This document shows, piece after piece, positions 49,251 to 61,869 of a stretch of 64,000 nt of DNA (position 1 is its first letter; every line of letters starts with the position of its first letter). The stretch lies in assembly GCF_001194135.2 (NCBI RefSeq), contig NC_068990.1, positions 89,892,438-89,956,437 of the forward strand, read 5' to 3'. Below the pieces are notes generated by a model. The model searched no databases and was not told where the DNA came from. It worked only from the letters and a program-made list of their open reading frames with translations. Source of the stretch: Octopus bimaculoides. Lineage: Eukaryota. Position numbers and translations under genes: made by a program.

Positions 49251-51236
49251 GTACATATTTCCTTATATAAACTTGTGAATTCGCAAACTTTCCCATTCAC
49301 CTCTCTCTCTCTCTTTCTCGCTTTCTTTCTCTTTTCCTGTTTTTTAAATATTTATAGTTGTTTGGCCTCACGTTACTCTTGTTGAAGTATACCCATTGTT
49401 AAAGGCATTCCAGCCTTCATCATCTTAAAACAACATTATCTAATGTAAGCTACCACTTTTAAGATGGTAGTGCGTTATTTGGTAGAGATTTAGCTGCCAT
49501 TTCTAGCAGTTGAATCGATCACAGAGCTTTTTTATTTCCCCGTTGTGTATGTTTATGTGTTGGTTATTTTTATTGTGCATAGAGTAGTAAAGTTTATGCC
49601 TAGTCCGCCTGAAAAAAAAAACGACAAAAATAAAAACAACTGTTCAGCTATCAACTAACTGATCGTGTAGGCTTATAATCCAAGACCTTCCGGCCTTGAC
49701 CTACCAGGTTTTTATTCAGACTGCGAACATCTAGGGTTACATTATCCATTATCTATTTCCTTTTAAAGAAGGGAGAGGTGTAGATTTGGTTGCTATTTCT
49801 AGCTTGTTATGTAGGATATAGTTTTTTAGCTGTAGATCAGGTAAACTTCATCCAACAGATGAAAGGTTTTGCTGTCCATGGTCATCTTGTTAGGACTACA
49901 TTATACTAGTGTTTAGGCCTATAGTTGTTATGTATATTATTATCATCGTTGTTGTCCTAGTTTTCTTCTTTCCTACTTTATACGTATTTGCCTGAACGAA
50001 AAGAACCACGCCTTATTACGAAACAATAAACCAGATACACATTTGTAAATACCAAACGTAAACAGACAGACACACAATAACAAACTCCATTTTGTTTTTG
50101 TTGCCCGATTTGCGCAAGTTTTCGAAAGAAAACTTTATATATATTTAGTGGGAGTTATGTTGTTATTCAAAACTGTCCCATTAGGTCCTTTTCGTAGGTT
50201 TCCGTAAGGAGCCTGCAAAAGGGGCTGAATCAGACTATTTTAAATAATAATAATAATAATAATAATAATAATCTTTTCTAGTATAGGTACAAGGCCTGGA
50301 TTTTGTGATCTGGCAGAGTTTCTACAGCTGGATGCCCTTCCTAACGCCAACCACTCCGAGAGTGTAGTGGGTGCTTTTACGTGCCACTGGCACGAGGGCC
50401 AAGTCACACGGTACTGGCAACGGCCACGCTCAAAATGGTGTTTTTTAATGTGCCACCTGCACGAGAGCCAGTTCAGCGGCACTGGCAACGACCTCGCTCG
50501 AATAATTTTCTAACGTGCCACCAGCACAAGTGCCAGTAAGGCGACGCTGGTAACGATCACGCTCAAATGGGGCTATTTACAGGCCACTAGCACGGAAGCC
50601 AGACAGCTGCTCTGGCAGTAATTTTTATCCTCCCTCAAAATTCAGTGGTTTTGTCAGGAATCGTAATTAAGCAGAAAGGCCATGTGGTTAGGAACTATAT
50701 AGCCCATTTGGCCAACCCAGATACATTACTGGTATGTATATCATCAATAAAAGCAGGGTGTATGCTGGACATAGGAGTTGAGCAGTGGACAATACAATGA
50801 GTGTCAGAAGTTTACTTTGGGAGAATTTAGTTAAATGCTTCTGTTAGCAGCATTTTCATTTTGCTCAAAAGCAGCCTCCTGAAGGGAAGCATGAACATCA
50901 CACATTCTTATTTTTCATCTGTTATAATTCTGTGATCTTTTGACTGTATCAGAAGTGTTGTTTAGTTCCATGTCAGCTCTAATCCAGCTGACTGATGATC
51001 AAAGATGCTCCAGCTGGGAACATCCCGCCTTTCCCTAAGAAAATAGTGTATCTAGGACTACGTTATTCAGTGTACACTTATTTTTACAAGAAATTTCTAA
51101 GAAATTTGGTTGTTATTTCTAGCAGGTTGAACGGCCATACAGAGGCTTTTTCTTACTTTTTGACTGGAAAAATGTCTTACTGTTTCTATAAAACCATTCC
51201 GTTGTACCATTTTAATATTGTCTTTTACTGTTTCAG

Positions 51237-51374
51237 AACCCTTATCGAAGTTCTCGTGATTCAGATATGTATGACAGGCTTGATTCTAGGGAAGGTGCCA
51301 AGCACATGTCACAGCCTGACTATAGCGTCAACCCTCAGACATTATTGGAAAACTATGTGGAGAAGAAAGTTCGT
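51237..51374 (+). CDS. CCM2: CCM2 exon 2 (NPYRSS...VNPQTLLENYVEKKVR)
   Basis: Matches human VEPDRLLSDYIEKEVK. CAG/GTAAGT, phase 0/0. Confidence 0.9.
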
Positions 51375-51916
51375 GTAAGTTGAATGTACATTTTATCTTG
51401 TCTATAGAACATAATGAATACCACCATCACCAGTAGGGATCAAGAATTCAGCTCTCTGTGAACTAAATCTGGCATTTGGGTTTCATGTTTGAAGTTAACA
51501 CAGGAGTAGCTGTGTGGTAAGTAGTTTGCTTACCAACCACATGGTTCCTGGCTCTTCACCTTGAAGATTTTTCCCACCAGTCTCTGCAGTTCACTCACTT
51601 TAACTGAGTGAGGCTACAGTAGAGAGGAAGGCAGCTTTATGCTAATGGATGTGAGGTTTAAGTATGAAAGGAAGGGTCAGGACTGAACAGGTTTCTTGCT
51701 GTAAACAAGCTACATGACCACCTGATAATGCTAATTGCTTTGCAGATGATACTTCTTGTCATTCCTCTCTAATATACTACAACGAAGCTCAGGTGAATCC
51801 CACAGTGGAATTCTCCTCCTGTATCTGAGATAATGCTTGCTATTCCTTACATTCATATGTCTTGGACCACAGTCAAAGAAAGCCTATTAAACTCACAGAC
51901 ATGCTCCAGACATACA

Positions 51917-52140
51917 AGGCGGCGAGCTGGCAGAATCGGTAGCACGCCGGGTGAAATGCTTAGCGGTATTTCGTCTGTCTTTACATTCTGAGTTCAAATT
52001 CTGCCGAGGTCGACTTTGCCTTTCATCCTTTCGAGGTTGATAAATTAAGTGCCAGTTACGCACTGGGGTTGATCTAATCGACTTAATCCGTTTGTCTGCC
52101 CTTGTTTGTCCCCTCTATGTGTAGCCCCTTGTGGGCAGTA
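51917..52140 (+). mobile_element. SINE, near full length (GGCGAGCTGGCAGAATCG family)
   Basis: tRNA-like head and conserved core shared with more than 8 copies in the window. Confidence 0.85.
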
Positions 52141-52671
52141 AAGAAATAAGACATACTCCAGCTTCTGCTCCACAGATGAATTGTCTTCTCTCTCTACTTT
52201 TACTTCTGTAACTGCAATGGCCACTGCTCCTTGGAGCTGACTGACCCCGTGCCACCTCCACTTATCCAGATCCTTCCACTTTGCATGTCTCCTTTCATCA
52301 CCCATATTTTGTCCGTCTACCAAGCCCCAAACTAACCATTATGCTCAGTGCTGCCTTATTCTCATAATATTCATCCTCTGGAATTCCCTCCCTGCACATA
52401 TTATTACTCCATTGTTGAATTGGAACTGCTCAAAGAGGGAGTCCTAATGGCCTCAATGTCACCAGTCCTAGGGGCCAATAAAAAACCGTGGGACACACAT
52501 TACTTTCCACCAAATCAAACAAATAAAAAAGAAATTGAAGTAGATCGTGTGAATAAAATGCCTGATGCTATTTGCATGGTTTGCCGTGTGAATATTGCAG
52601 CATCATCTGTGGTCAGAAGATGACGATTGCCTGGATTTTCATCCAACTCACTTTACTTTCACTTTCTACAG

Positions 52672-52752
52672 TTTGCTGGAGTGATTCCAGATGTGCAGAT
52701 TGATGATGTCACAAACAGAACAGATGTATTACGCATTATTGATGAAGGCAAG
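52672..52752 (+). CDS. CCM2: CCM2 exon 3, PTB start (FAGVIPDVQIDDVTNRTDVLRIIDEGK)
   Basis: Matches [28 protein letters not shown]. Phase 0/0. Confidence 0.9.
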
Positions 52753-53267
52753 GTAAGCTATTAAATGTTCACTGTTGCTATTTCAGCTGTTAATGCTGAT
52801 TGTTGCTATTTTTTAATTGTTTCATGAATAAAACAATACAAAGCTATTGATTCAGGCATCATAAAATGTTAGTGTGTTCATCTTTTAACATAATAGGAAT
52901 GTCATACGAGGTAATTTGGATGTTATTTCTAGCAGTTGGCATCAGCCATGACTATGATTTCACTTGACTCAACAGGTCTTCTCAAGCATAGCATATTGAA
53001 CCGGCCTGTTTAAAAGCACCCTTCAATTGTTAGGCAATCTGCTCTGCTTGAGAAGACCTGTTGAGTCAAGCAAAATTGTAGTCATGGCTGATGCTTGTGC
53101 CGCCCGACTGACACGTAAAAAGCATCATTCAAGCGTGATCGATGCTAGTGCCATCTGACTGGGCCCCATGCTGGTGATACTTAAAAAGCACCCACTACAC
53201 TCTTGGAGTGGTTGGCGTTAGGAAGAGCATCCAGCTCATCAAAATTTCATGTTGTTGTATATAGGCG

Positions 53268-53440
53268 CAGGAGTGGCTGTGTGGTAAGCAGCTTGCTTAC
53301 CAACCACATGGTTCCAGGTTCAGTCCCACTGTGTGGCACCTTGGGTAAGTGTCTTCTACTATAGCCTCAGGCTGACCAAAGCCTTGTGAGTGGATTTGGT
53401 AGACGGAAACTGAGAGAAGCCCGTCGTATATATGTGTGTG
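53268..53440 (+). mobile_element. tRNA-derived SINE (GGAGTGGCTGTGTGGTAAG family)
   Basis: Same family at 57014-57165, 58646-59040 and 51505-51550, and reversed at 35545-35640. Confidence 0.85.
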
Positions 53441-53620
53441 TTTCACTGCCATGAAGCATGGCAGTTTGCACACATACATCATACAATCTACCTTTCACCC
53501 TGAGCAAGGGGCCCTTTGTCACCAGTAGGGGTAGAAGCTTTCTGAACTTTGCCCAGGCTATTCTTATTCTAGTGGTAACACTCTTTGAGCATCCACCCAC
53601 CACTATAGACTTGCTCATAC
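53440..53620 (-). mobile_element. RTE-type LINE fragment
   Basis: GGCSKSVTTRIRIAWAKFRKLLPLLVTKG...KGRLYDVCVQTAMLHGSET. Confidence 0.8.
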
Positions 53621-53741
53621 GATGTCTTTGATGGGAGAGTCCACCACCACCATCGTCATCGTCATCATTATTTATGTTTTTGTTTTATGTTTTTGTTCTT
53701 TCATTACACTGTTACTTTCACGTTCTTCCAACATTTTCCAG

Positions 53742-53834
53742 AAACAAGGCAGAGTCCATCATCGGACAACGGATAAGGAGCATGGCACTTGCTTCACACT
53801 CAATGTCCACAACATAAAACTGACCTGCAAAGAT
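53742..53834 (+). CDS. CCM2: CCM2 exon 4 (KQGRVHHRTTDKEHGTCFTLNVHNIKLTCKD)
   Basis: Matches [30 protein letters not shown]. Phase 0/0. Confidence 0.85.
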
Positions 53835-54900
53835 GTAAGCAGACAACTATTTCTTCTGTAGCACATGATGATACTGCCGACATATTTACTGTCTCTCCCA
53901 GTCTGTCTGTCTGTCTGTCTCTGTCTGTCAGTCTGTCTCTGTCTGTCTGTCTGTCTCTGTCTGTCTGTCTGTCTCTGTCTGTCAGTCTGTCTCTCTCTCT
54001 CTCAGTCCTCTGCTTTTCTCTTTTTCATCACTGTCCTACCCCTCAGGTCATATTCTCTCACTTTCTCCCTCCCTCTCCTTCATCTCCTACCACTACTACT
54101 CTCCTCTTTCTCTCCTTCACTCCTACACAAAATCAAAAAGGGGAGAGAGAGAGAAGTACCTGACCAACGTGGACGTGTGCCATCTCAGACCACTCTGTCA
54201 CNNNNNNNNNNNNNNNNNNNNNNNNNNNNNNNNNNNNNNNNNNNNNNNNNNNNNNNNNNNNNNNNNNNNNNNNNNNNNNNNNNNNNNNNNNNNNNNNNNN
54301 NNNNNNNNNNNNNNNNNNNNNNNNNNNNNNNNNNNNNNNNNNNNNNNNNNNNNNNNNNNNNNNNNNNNNNNNNNNNNNNNNNNNNNNNNNNNNNNNNNNN
54401 NNNNNNNNNNNNNNNNNNNNNNNNNNNNNNNNNNNNNNNNNNNNNNNNNNNNNNNNNNNNNNNNNNNNNNNNNNNNNNNNNNNNNNNNNNNNNNNNNNNN
54501 NNNNNNNNNNNNNNNNNNNNNNNNNNNNNNNNNNNNNNNNNNNNNNNNNNNNNNNNNNNNNNNNNNNNNNNNNNNNNNNNNNNNNNNNNNNNNNNNNNNN
54601 NNNNNNNNNNNNNNNNNNNNNNNNNNNNNNNNNNNNNNNNNNNNNNNNNNNNNNNNNNNNNNNNNNNNNNNNNNNNNNNNNNNNNNNNNNNNNNNNNNNN
54701 NNNNNNNNNNNNNNNNNNNNNNNNNNNNNNNNNNNNNNNNNNNNNNNNNNNNNNNNNNNNNNNNNNNNNNNNNNNNNNNNNNNNNNNNNNNNNNNNNNNN
54801 NNNNNNNNNNNNNNNNNNNNNNNNNNNNNNNNNNNNGTGCTCCAGCATGGCCGCAGTCAAATGACAAACAAGTAAAAGAGTAAAGAGTAACAATACTTTG

Positions 54901-55153
54901 GAGTAAAGATTGTTGGCCAACATAAAATGGCAGTCCTGGTTTAGGACGAATGTTGCTGTAATTTAGCCCCAGGAGACATCATCTCCAGCTGGCTATACGA
55001 CTGAGTTGGGGTGCTAGATTCCCTTATTCGAAAATATAAGGACACAATTCATGTCGTATAGCCAGCTGGAGATGATGTCTCCTGGGGCTAAATTACAGCA
55101 ACGTTCGTCCTAAACCAGGACTGCCATGTTATGTTGGCAAACAATCTTTACTC
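54901..55153. mobile_element. Foldback/MITE with 101-bp near-perfect arms
   Basis: 54901-55001 is the reverse complement of 55053-55153 with about 3 mismatches. 51-nt spacer. Confidence 0.9.
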
Positions 55154-55311
55154 TCCTTTGTTGTCTGTTACGTTATTAACTCCGTCATGAGTTCATATAC
55201 TCCCTACCTCCCTAGTATAATTAACACTTCCTTAGTACTCCTGCTTTTCCTTCTTATTTTCTACTCATTCATTCATGTTATTAATTTCATCTCTCGTTCA
55301 TTTGTTAACAG

Positions 55312-55358
55312 GAGTTCCAGAGAAATGTAACTTGGCCGTACTTTATGTTGAAGACAAG
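55312..55358 (+). CDS. CCM2: CCM2 exon (VPEKCNLAVLYVEDK)
   Basis: Matches PVEACCLVILAAESK. Phase 1/0. Confidence 0.85.
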
Positions 55359-56465
55359 GTAAATTATGAATTCATTGCTAAGATTTCCAATGTAGTGATA
55401 GCAAACACTATAGACATCAATTTGAGATTAGAAATAAAAGAGAAACAGACCAATTGGAAGAGCTGTGACCATGTATTTACCAATTCCTAGGAAACGGCAC
55501 TACAGAGCAAAGGCAAACATTCCATCTTAAATTAGATGTCATAAATTGTCTCTGTTATATCAGCTCAGCTTAGTTAATCCTGTAGAAATAAAACAGTATA
55601 TGGGCATATAGCGTAGTGGTTAAGAGCATGGGCTACTAACCCCAAGATTCCGAGTTTGATTCCAAGCAGTGACCTGAACAACAACAACTACGTTCATCGT
55701 TTAATGTCCGCTTTCCATGCTAGTATGGGTTGGACGATTTGACTGAGTACCGCCTGACTGGCCCTCGTATCGGTGGTACGTAAAAGCATCCACTACACTC
55801 TCGGAGTGGTTGGCATTAGGAAGGGCATCCAGCTGTAGAAACTCTGCCAAATCAGATTGGAACCTGGTGTCGCCTCCTGGTTTGCCAGTCCTCAGTCAAA
55901 TCGTCCAACCCATGCTAGCATGGAAAGCGGACGTTAAATGATGATGATGATATATGTATATGTATATATATGTGTGTATGTGTATATATATATACATGAA
56001 ATTTTGAATATAGTTCACAGACCCCCAGTACTAACTTTGCAGACCTCAGGTTGAGAACTGATGGTTTGTGGTTGAGTGGTTAGCATGTTGCATTTATCAC
56101 TGGAGGATCATGGGTTCAATTCTTGGAGCAGGTGGTGCACTGTGACCATTGGAAATACAATTTGTTTTTTACTTGGCCCCTGACCCTGAAAATGAGTTGG
56201 GTCTGCTGAAGAATGACACCTCACAGTCTATTAACCCTCAAATCTTACAAATGCAAGGCGTGATTGTCCTTGATAGTCATGGCACCCTGGGGGAAAAATG
56301 TTTTGCATCATACATAGTCTGAGGTACTCTACCTGGGTAATTGTATGGTGTGATTTATCTAAGGTATTTATGCCTAGTCAACTATTCTGTACACAAGTAT
56401 AGTTTGGTAATTAATTTTCTTTCATTTTTAATATATTTAAAAATTTTTCTAATTGTTCATTGAAG

Positions 56466-56601
56466 ATGCAAGCTGAAGAAATTTGTGCGTTGGTCGACCA
56501 ATGTTTCCAGCTTGTTTATGCCGATGTAGCCATTCAGTTCATCAACATCAACTTAAATGGTGCTTTCGGAACATCAGTGCCTTCTTCAAACACACAGAGT
56601 G
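56466..56601 (+). CDS. CCM2: CCM2 exon, PTB C-terminal helix (MQAEEICALVDQCFQLVYADVAIQF...)
   Basis: Matches [25 protein letters not shown]. Phase 0/1. Confidence 0.92.
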
Positions 56602-57325
56602 GTAAGTCTGTGGAAGTTATTTCTATAATTTTTCTCCTTTATAAGCAGGTCGCAGGAGATGGTGCTTATGGCCATTGCAGGTCAACTGAGATTGGTGAGG
56701 TTAGTATTGTAGCAAAAATGTTACATCTTCACTATCTTTCTCTCATCTCTTTCTCTGCATCTGAGGCTGATTCTTTGAAATACAGGCACAACAGAAACAG
56801 GAAGAAAGAGTGAGAGAAAGTTGTGGTGAAAGAGTACAACAGGGTTCGCCACCACTCTCTGCTGGAGCCTCGTGGAGCTTTAGGTGTTTTCGCTGAATAA
56901 ACACTCACAACACCTGGTCTGGGGATTGAAACTGTGAGTCTGCTGCCCTAACCACTGGGCCATTGCACCTCTATGTTTTTATATATATATATGCTATCTT
57001 ATATATATAAGTGCAGGATGGCTGTGTGGTAAGTAGCTTGCTTACCAACCACATGGTTCCAGGTTCAGTCCCACTTTGTGGCACCTTGTCCAAGTGTCTC
57101 CTATGATAGCCTCGGGCTGACCAAAGCCTTGTGAGTAGATTTGGTAGACGGAAACTGAAAGAAGCNNNNNNNNNNNNNNNNNNNNNNNNNNNNNNNNNNN
57201 NNNNNNNNNNNNNNNNNNNNNNNNNNNNNNNNNNNNNNNNNNNNNNNNNNNNNNNNNNNNNNNNNNNNNNNNNNNNNNNNNNNNNNNNNNNNNNNNNNNN
57301 NNNNNNNNNNNNNNNNNNNNNNNNN

Positions 57326-57362
<37 letters not shown>

Positions 57363-57575
57363 GTGTGTACATGTTGATGTGTGCGTGTGCGTTTGACTCC
57401 CCACCACCCCAACCAATGCTGGTGTGTTTACGTCCCCGTAACTTAGCAGTTCGGCAAAAGAGACTGAAAAAATAAGTACTAGGCTTCCAAAGAATAAGTT
57501 CTGTGGTCGATTTGCTTGACTAAAGGTGGCGCTCCAGCATGGCCACAGTCAAATGACTGAAACAAGTAAAAGAAT

Positions 57576-57608
<33 letters not shown>

Positions 57609-57844
57609 GTGCCATCCCAGGCAAGCCGTCCAACCCATGCTAGCATGGACAACGCACATTAAATGATGATGGTTATGTATCTATGTGTGTGCTTGTGTTT
57701 AAGCGTGTGTATATGTATGCTCGCTCACACACACACACATATATATATATATACTCCCATGTATTAATATGGCTTTCTTTGTGTGTGTATGTGCATGTGT
57801 TTTATCTATGTGTATTCATTCTTGTTTCTGTATTTGATCTCCAG

Positions 57845-57893
57845 ACTCCACCACCATTAACAATGCCCAAGACACAGCACTGAAACCATCGTA
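57845..57893 (+). CDS. CCM2: CCM2 linker exon (DSTTINNAQDTALKPS)
   Basis: CAG/GTAAGT. Phase 1/2 bridges its neighbours exactly. Confidence 0.75.
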
Positions 57894-58437
57894 GTAAGTT
57901 CTCCCTCTATTTTTATTTCTGTTTATTCATTTAGACATTTAACCTCAGTATTTAGAGATATCCACTATAACGTTTTCCAGTGGTATGTAAAATGTATCAA
58001 CTGATCGTGGCCGATGCTAGGCCTGTCTGCCTGACTGGCTCCTGTGCTGGTGGCATGTAAAAAGCACCCACTACACTCTCGGAGTGGTTGGCATTAGGAA
58101 GCGCATCCAGCTGTAGAAACATTGCCAGATCAGATTGGAGCCTGGTGCAGCCTCCCAGCCAAACCGTCCAACCCATGCCAGCATGGAAAATGGACATTAA
58201 ACGACGATGATGACATAAAGAGTAAATAATAAAGTACCCTTGGCCATCTCTAAAGTGCGCATGGCCATCTCTAAAGGAGCAGTTCCATTGGTAAGCAGTA
58301 GGTGATCTAAATACCACAGTGTATTACTGGTACTTTTCATCATTGCTGTCCTCCCTATTTTCTTGTTTTCCAGAGCTGTAAAATGTGATGTGTATCTGTC
58401 AACAGTTTTCATTTGTTCTGTTTCTCTACCATTCCAG

Positions 58438-58594
58438 TATAACAACCTCTGACCAGAACCTTACCAAGAACAACACTTCATCCTACAGCCGTTCCCCAAA
58501 AGCATCCAAGCGCACAATTAGTGTAACCACCGAAAGTGAGATTAGTCTGACTGGTGGTGATTATTCTGAGGTCATTCAAGATTATCTGAAGAAG
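58438..58594 (+). CDS. CCM2: CCM2 exon (ITTSDQNL...SEVIQDYLKK)
   Basis: End matches TELLQDYMLT at the start of the harmonin-homology domain. Phase 2/0. Confidence 0.88.
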
Positions 58595-58645
58595 GTAAGC
58601 CTCAAAGTGTCTTTATACTTGTATCATCATCATCATCATTATCCA

Positions 58646-58800
58646 GGAGTGGCTGTGTGGTAAGTAGCTTGCTTACCAACCACATGATTCTGGGTTCAGT
58701 TCCACTGCGTGGCACCTTGGGCAAGTGTCTTCTACTATAGCTTTGGGCTGACTAAAGCCTTGTGAGTGGATTTGGTAGACGGAAACTGAAAGAAGCATGT

Positions 58801-58839
<39 letters not shown>

Positions 58840-59040
58840 TTGTGTTTGTGTATTTGTTTGTGTGTCTGTATTTGTCCCCCAACATTGCTTGACAACCGAT
58901 GCTGGTGTGTTTACATCCCCGTAACTTAGCAGTTCAGTAAAAGAGACCGATAGAATAAGTACTAGTCTTACAAAGAATAAGTCCTGGGGTCGGGCGGTGC
59001 TCCAGCATGGCCACAGTCAAATGATTGAAACAGGTAAAAG
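58646..59040 (+). mobile_element. tRNA-derived SINE with internal microsatellite, near full length
   Basis: Head as at 53268. Tail GCTCCAGCATGGCCACAGTCAAATGA is shared with several copies. Confidence 0.85.
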
Positions 59041-59052
59041 AGAGTAAAGAGT

Positions 59053-59083
<31 letters not shown>

Positions 59084-59279
59084 ATTTATGTTCCTAACAC
59101 TAGCTGAATGATAACTAAGTTATTTTACTAAATTCTTTGTTATATTTAAAATTAATTGAAAGAAACAGAGCATCTCAAAATAAATACAGTAACAAAAGCG
59201 TTGAAGTTGTTGTTGTGATTCATTCATAAAGTTGTTGTTTTTGTTGTCACTATTAATATTGTTGTTGTTGATGTTGCAG

Positions 59280-59418
59280 CTGCACAAATGCCTCACCAAA
59301 ACAGAACTGTGTCAGTTTGCTGTTCTGCTCACTGCTCGACAGAAAGGTGCAACCACAGGAGAATTTTGCAAAGAAGTTTTCAATTTGTTCGGACAAGAAA
59401 GGAAACATATGATGACTG
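59280..59418 (+). CDS. CCM2: CCM2 exon, harmonin-homology domain (LHKCLTKTELCQFAVLL...LFGQERKHMMT)
   Basis: Matches [40 protein letters not shown]. Phase 0/1. Confidence 0.92.
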
Positions 59419-60830
59419 GTGAGATATCAATCAGTAATTTCATTCCACAGACATCTTGGAGACATTCTTTGTCATTTCACTTCTCTCAAATACCATTTTA
59501 ACACAACTACTGTAATTTCTATTGCTATGAAATCGCAGTATATGTACCACCCCTATTCAAATCTACCTTGTATACCAACTCTATCCAGGTCCACCCTATA
59601 TATCATACCTACCCAAGTCCATCTTATTTACCATCTCTACCCAAGTTTACCTGGATTATACCCCTATCTAGCGATATGTGCACCACCCCTATTCATGCCC
59701 GCTTTGTGTATCAGACTTGCCAAAATCTACCTTGTATTGCTCTCCTAAAACAGCCATGACTTGACTTGGGAACCATTTGATGACAGGCATTTCATAACAG
59801 ACAGAAAATCATTTGGTGGCAGACATTCCAAGATGGTCTGAAGATAGTCACCATTACATGGAATGGATGTACAAGACAAGCAACCAACTGAGCCCAGCGG
59901 AGGAAAGTTGCTGCCAAATGTGTTGAGCATTGCTGGAAGAACTAAAGCCCAAACTAAAGCTAATAACACCTCAACCTGTGCCGCCTGACTGGCTCTTCAT
60001 GCTGGTGGCACGTAAAAAGCATCATCCGAATGTGGTCGATACCAGCCTCAAAAACAATTCACATATAAACATCCTGTCTTTAATTCAGACACTGGCTATC
60101 TAGGAATAGCAGCCAAACTTCCCTCAAATCACACCTTACTTTCTTCAAACAAGAAGTATACATGAGATAATGTTACCCTAGATGAAAAAAAAAAGGGACC
60201 CTCTTCAGTCATGAACAACCATGGGATTGCCCCTAGGAAGTTCCCCTCTGATGCACAAGTCTGGACAAGGTTGTTTATGGAAGACTATCAGTCACCCATA
60301 CATACTATCCTCCTGTCTCCATGCCACCGATGTTATCCAAAAGAAAGGCAAAGGGGCCGATATAGCTTGGCACCAGTGATGTCCCAACTCATTTCTACAG
60401 CTGAGTGAACTGGAGCAACGTGAAATTGAAATAAAGTGCCTTGCTCAAGAAAACAACACACAGCCTGGTCCAGGAATCGAATTCAGTACCTCATGCTTGT
60501 GAGCCTGATGCTCTAACCACTGAGCTATGCACCTTCGCTACCCTAGATACACTATAGCTAAAAATAAAATAACACTAATAATGTTTAAAAATAACATAAA
60601 TAATAATAATCATGAGCACCCAGGGAGAGCCCACTATTTTGTTTATTTATTACTGCTACTTTGTAATTATCCTTCAGAAATTTTGCACCTGGGACAAAGG
60701 TTCCTGTGGCCCCACTCTGGACTGACTTTGGGCTAAACAACGCCTTCAAGAACCATTCTTCTGTTATTCTTTCAATTCCATCTCCACACTATTTTCTAAT
60801 GCGATGTCTTTCTATTAACATCTCTATTAG

Positions 60831-60960
60831 GCATGGGTCCTTTCATAGAAGCAAAAGACTATCATGTGTTTGAAGAATTCCTGTCTAAAAATTCTATGGC
60901 GCTTCCAGCAAATGGCCATGGAACCATCTCCAGCTTCCACAGCAATTCCCAGCTCTGCAA
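60831..60960 (+). CDS. CCM2: CCM2 exon (GMGPFIEAKDYHVFEEFL...)
   Basis: Matches GLRPFIPEKDSQHFENFL. Phase 1/2. Confidence 0.92.
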
Positions 60961-61244
60961 GTAAGTCATCCACTGGGTTTATTTATCTGTCTTTAATTTA
61001 CTGATTGGTTACACTTTTATTTGTTTTAGTCATTTGAGTGTGGCCATGCTGGAGCACCGCCTTTTAGTCAAACAAATCGACCCCAAGACTTATTCTTTGT
61101 AAGCTTAGTACTTACTCTATGGGTCCCTTTTGTCGAACTGCTAAGTTACAGAGTTGTAAACACGCCAACATCAGTTGTCAGGCGCTGGTGGGAAGACAAA
61201 TAAAGACTATTTAAGCATTTTATCTGATCAAATTTAACTGTTTC

Positions 61245-61628
61245 TGGAGGGAAACGCAATCTTTCAAGATGATAATGCACCGATTCACACAGCTAAAGTT
61301 GTTACTGAATGGCATGAGGAACATTCTAGTGAAGCTGAACATCTTATCTGGCCACCACAGTCCCCAGATCTCAATATTATTAAACATTAATGGTGCATTT
61401 TAGAAAAACAAGTTAGGAGTCAATATCCTCCACCATCATCATTACAAGAACTGGAGACTGTTTTAGCTGAAGAATGGATGAAAATTCCTTTGGAAACAAT
61501 TCAAACTTTGAACGAGTCCATACCTCATAGAATTCAAGCTGTAATTACTACCAAAGGCAGTCCTACTCCATGTTAAAATAAGTTTGCTTCAAATTTTAAG
61601 GTGTTTCCATTATTTTGTCCAACCCTTG
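61245..61628 (+). mobile_element. Tc1-type transposase C-terminal remnant with right TIR
   Basis: FQDDNAPIHTAKVV.EW...WPPQSPDLNII...IP..IQAVI motifs with stops. Ends ...TCCAACCCTTG-TA. Confidence 0.85.
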
Positions 61629-61739
61629 TATATATATGTGTGTGTGTGTGTGTATGATTTGTTTAATATAATTTCATGTTATTTACTTCTTTTTTTCCTT
61701 TTGTTTTTCTGTTCACGTTTCTCCAACCAATTTATCAAG

Positions 61740-61869
61740 AGACAACGGCATTACAACTCACTCAATAAACAGCGGAGATATGGATGAATTTGATCGAATG
61801 ATGGACTGCATCTCGGACCAGATCGATAACATGGAGAACAGTGTCGATGTGGACAGCTTTGTGTCATGA
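61740..61869 (+). CDS. CCM2: CCM2 terminal exon (...DMDEFDRMMDCISDQIDNMENSVDVDSFVS*)
   Basis: Matches the C-terminal DEWDRMISDISSDIEAL. First AG after a long pyrimidine tract, phase 2, TGA at 61867-61869. Confidence 0.88.

Noticed and set aside
61700-61720. Non-canonical AC acceptor for the last CCM2 exon
   Set aside because: Wrong phase and a GT donor. The AG at 61738-61739 fits phase 2.
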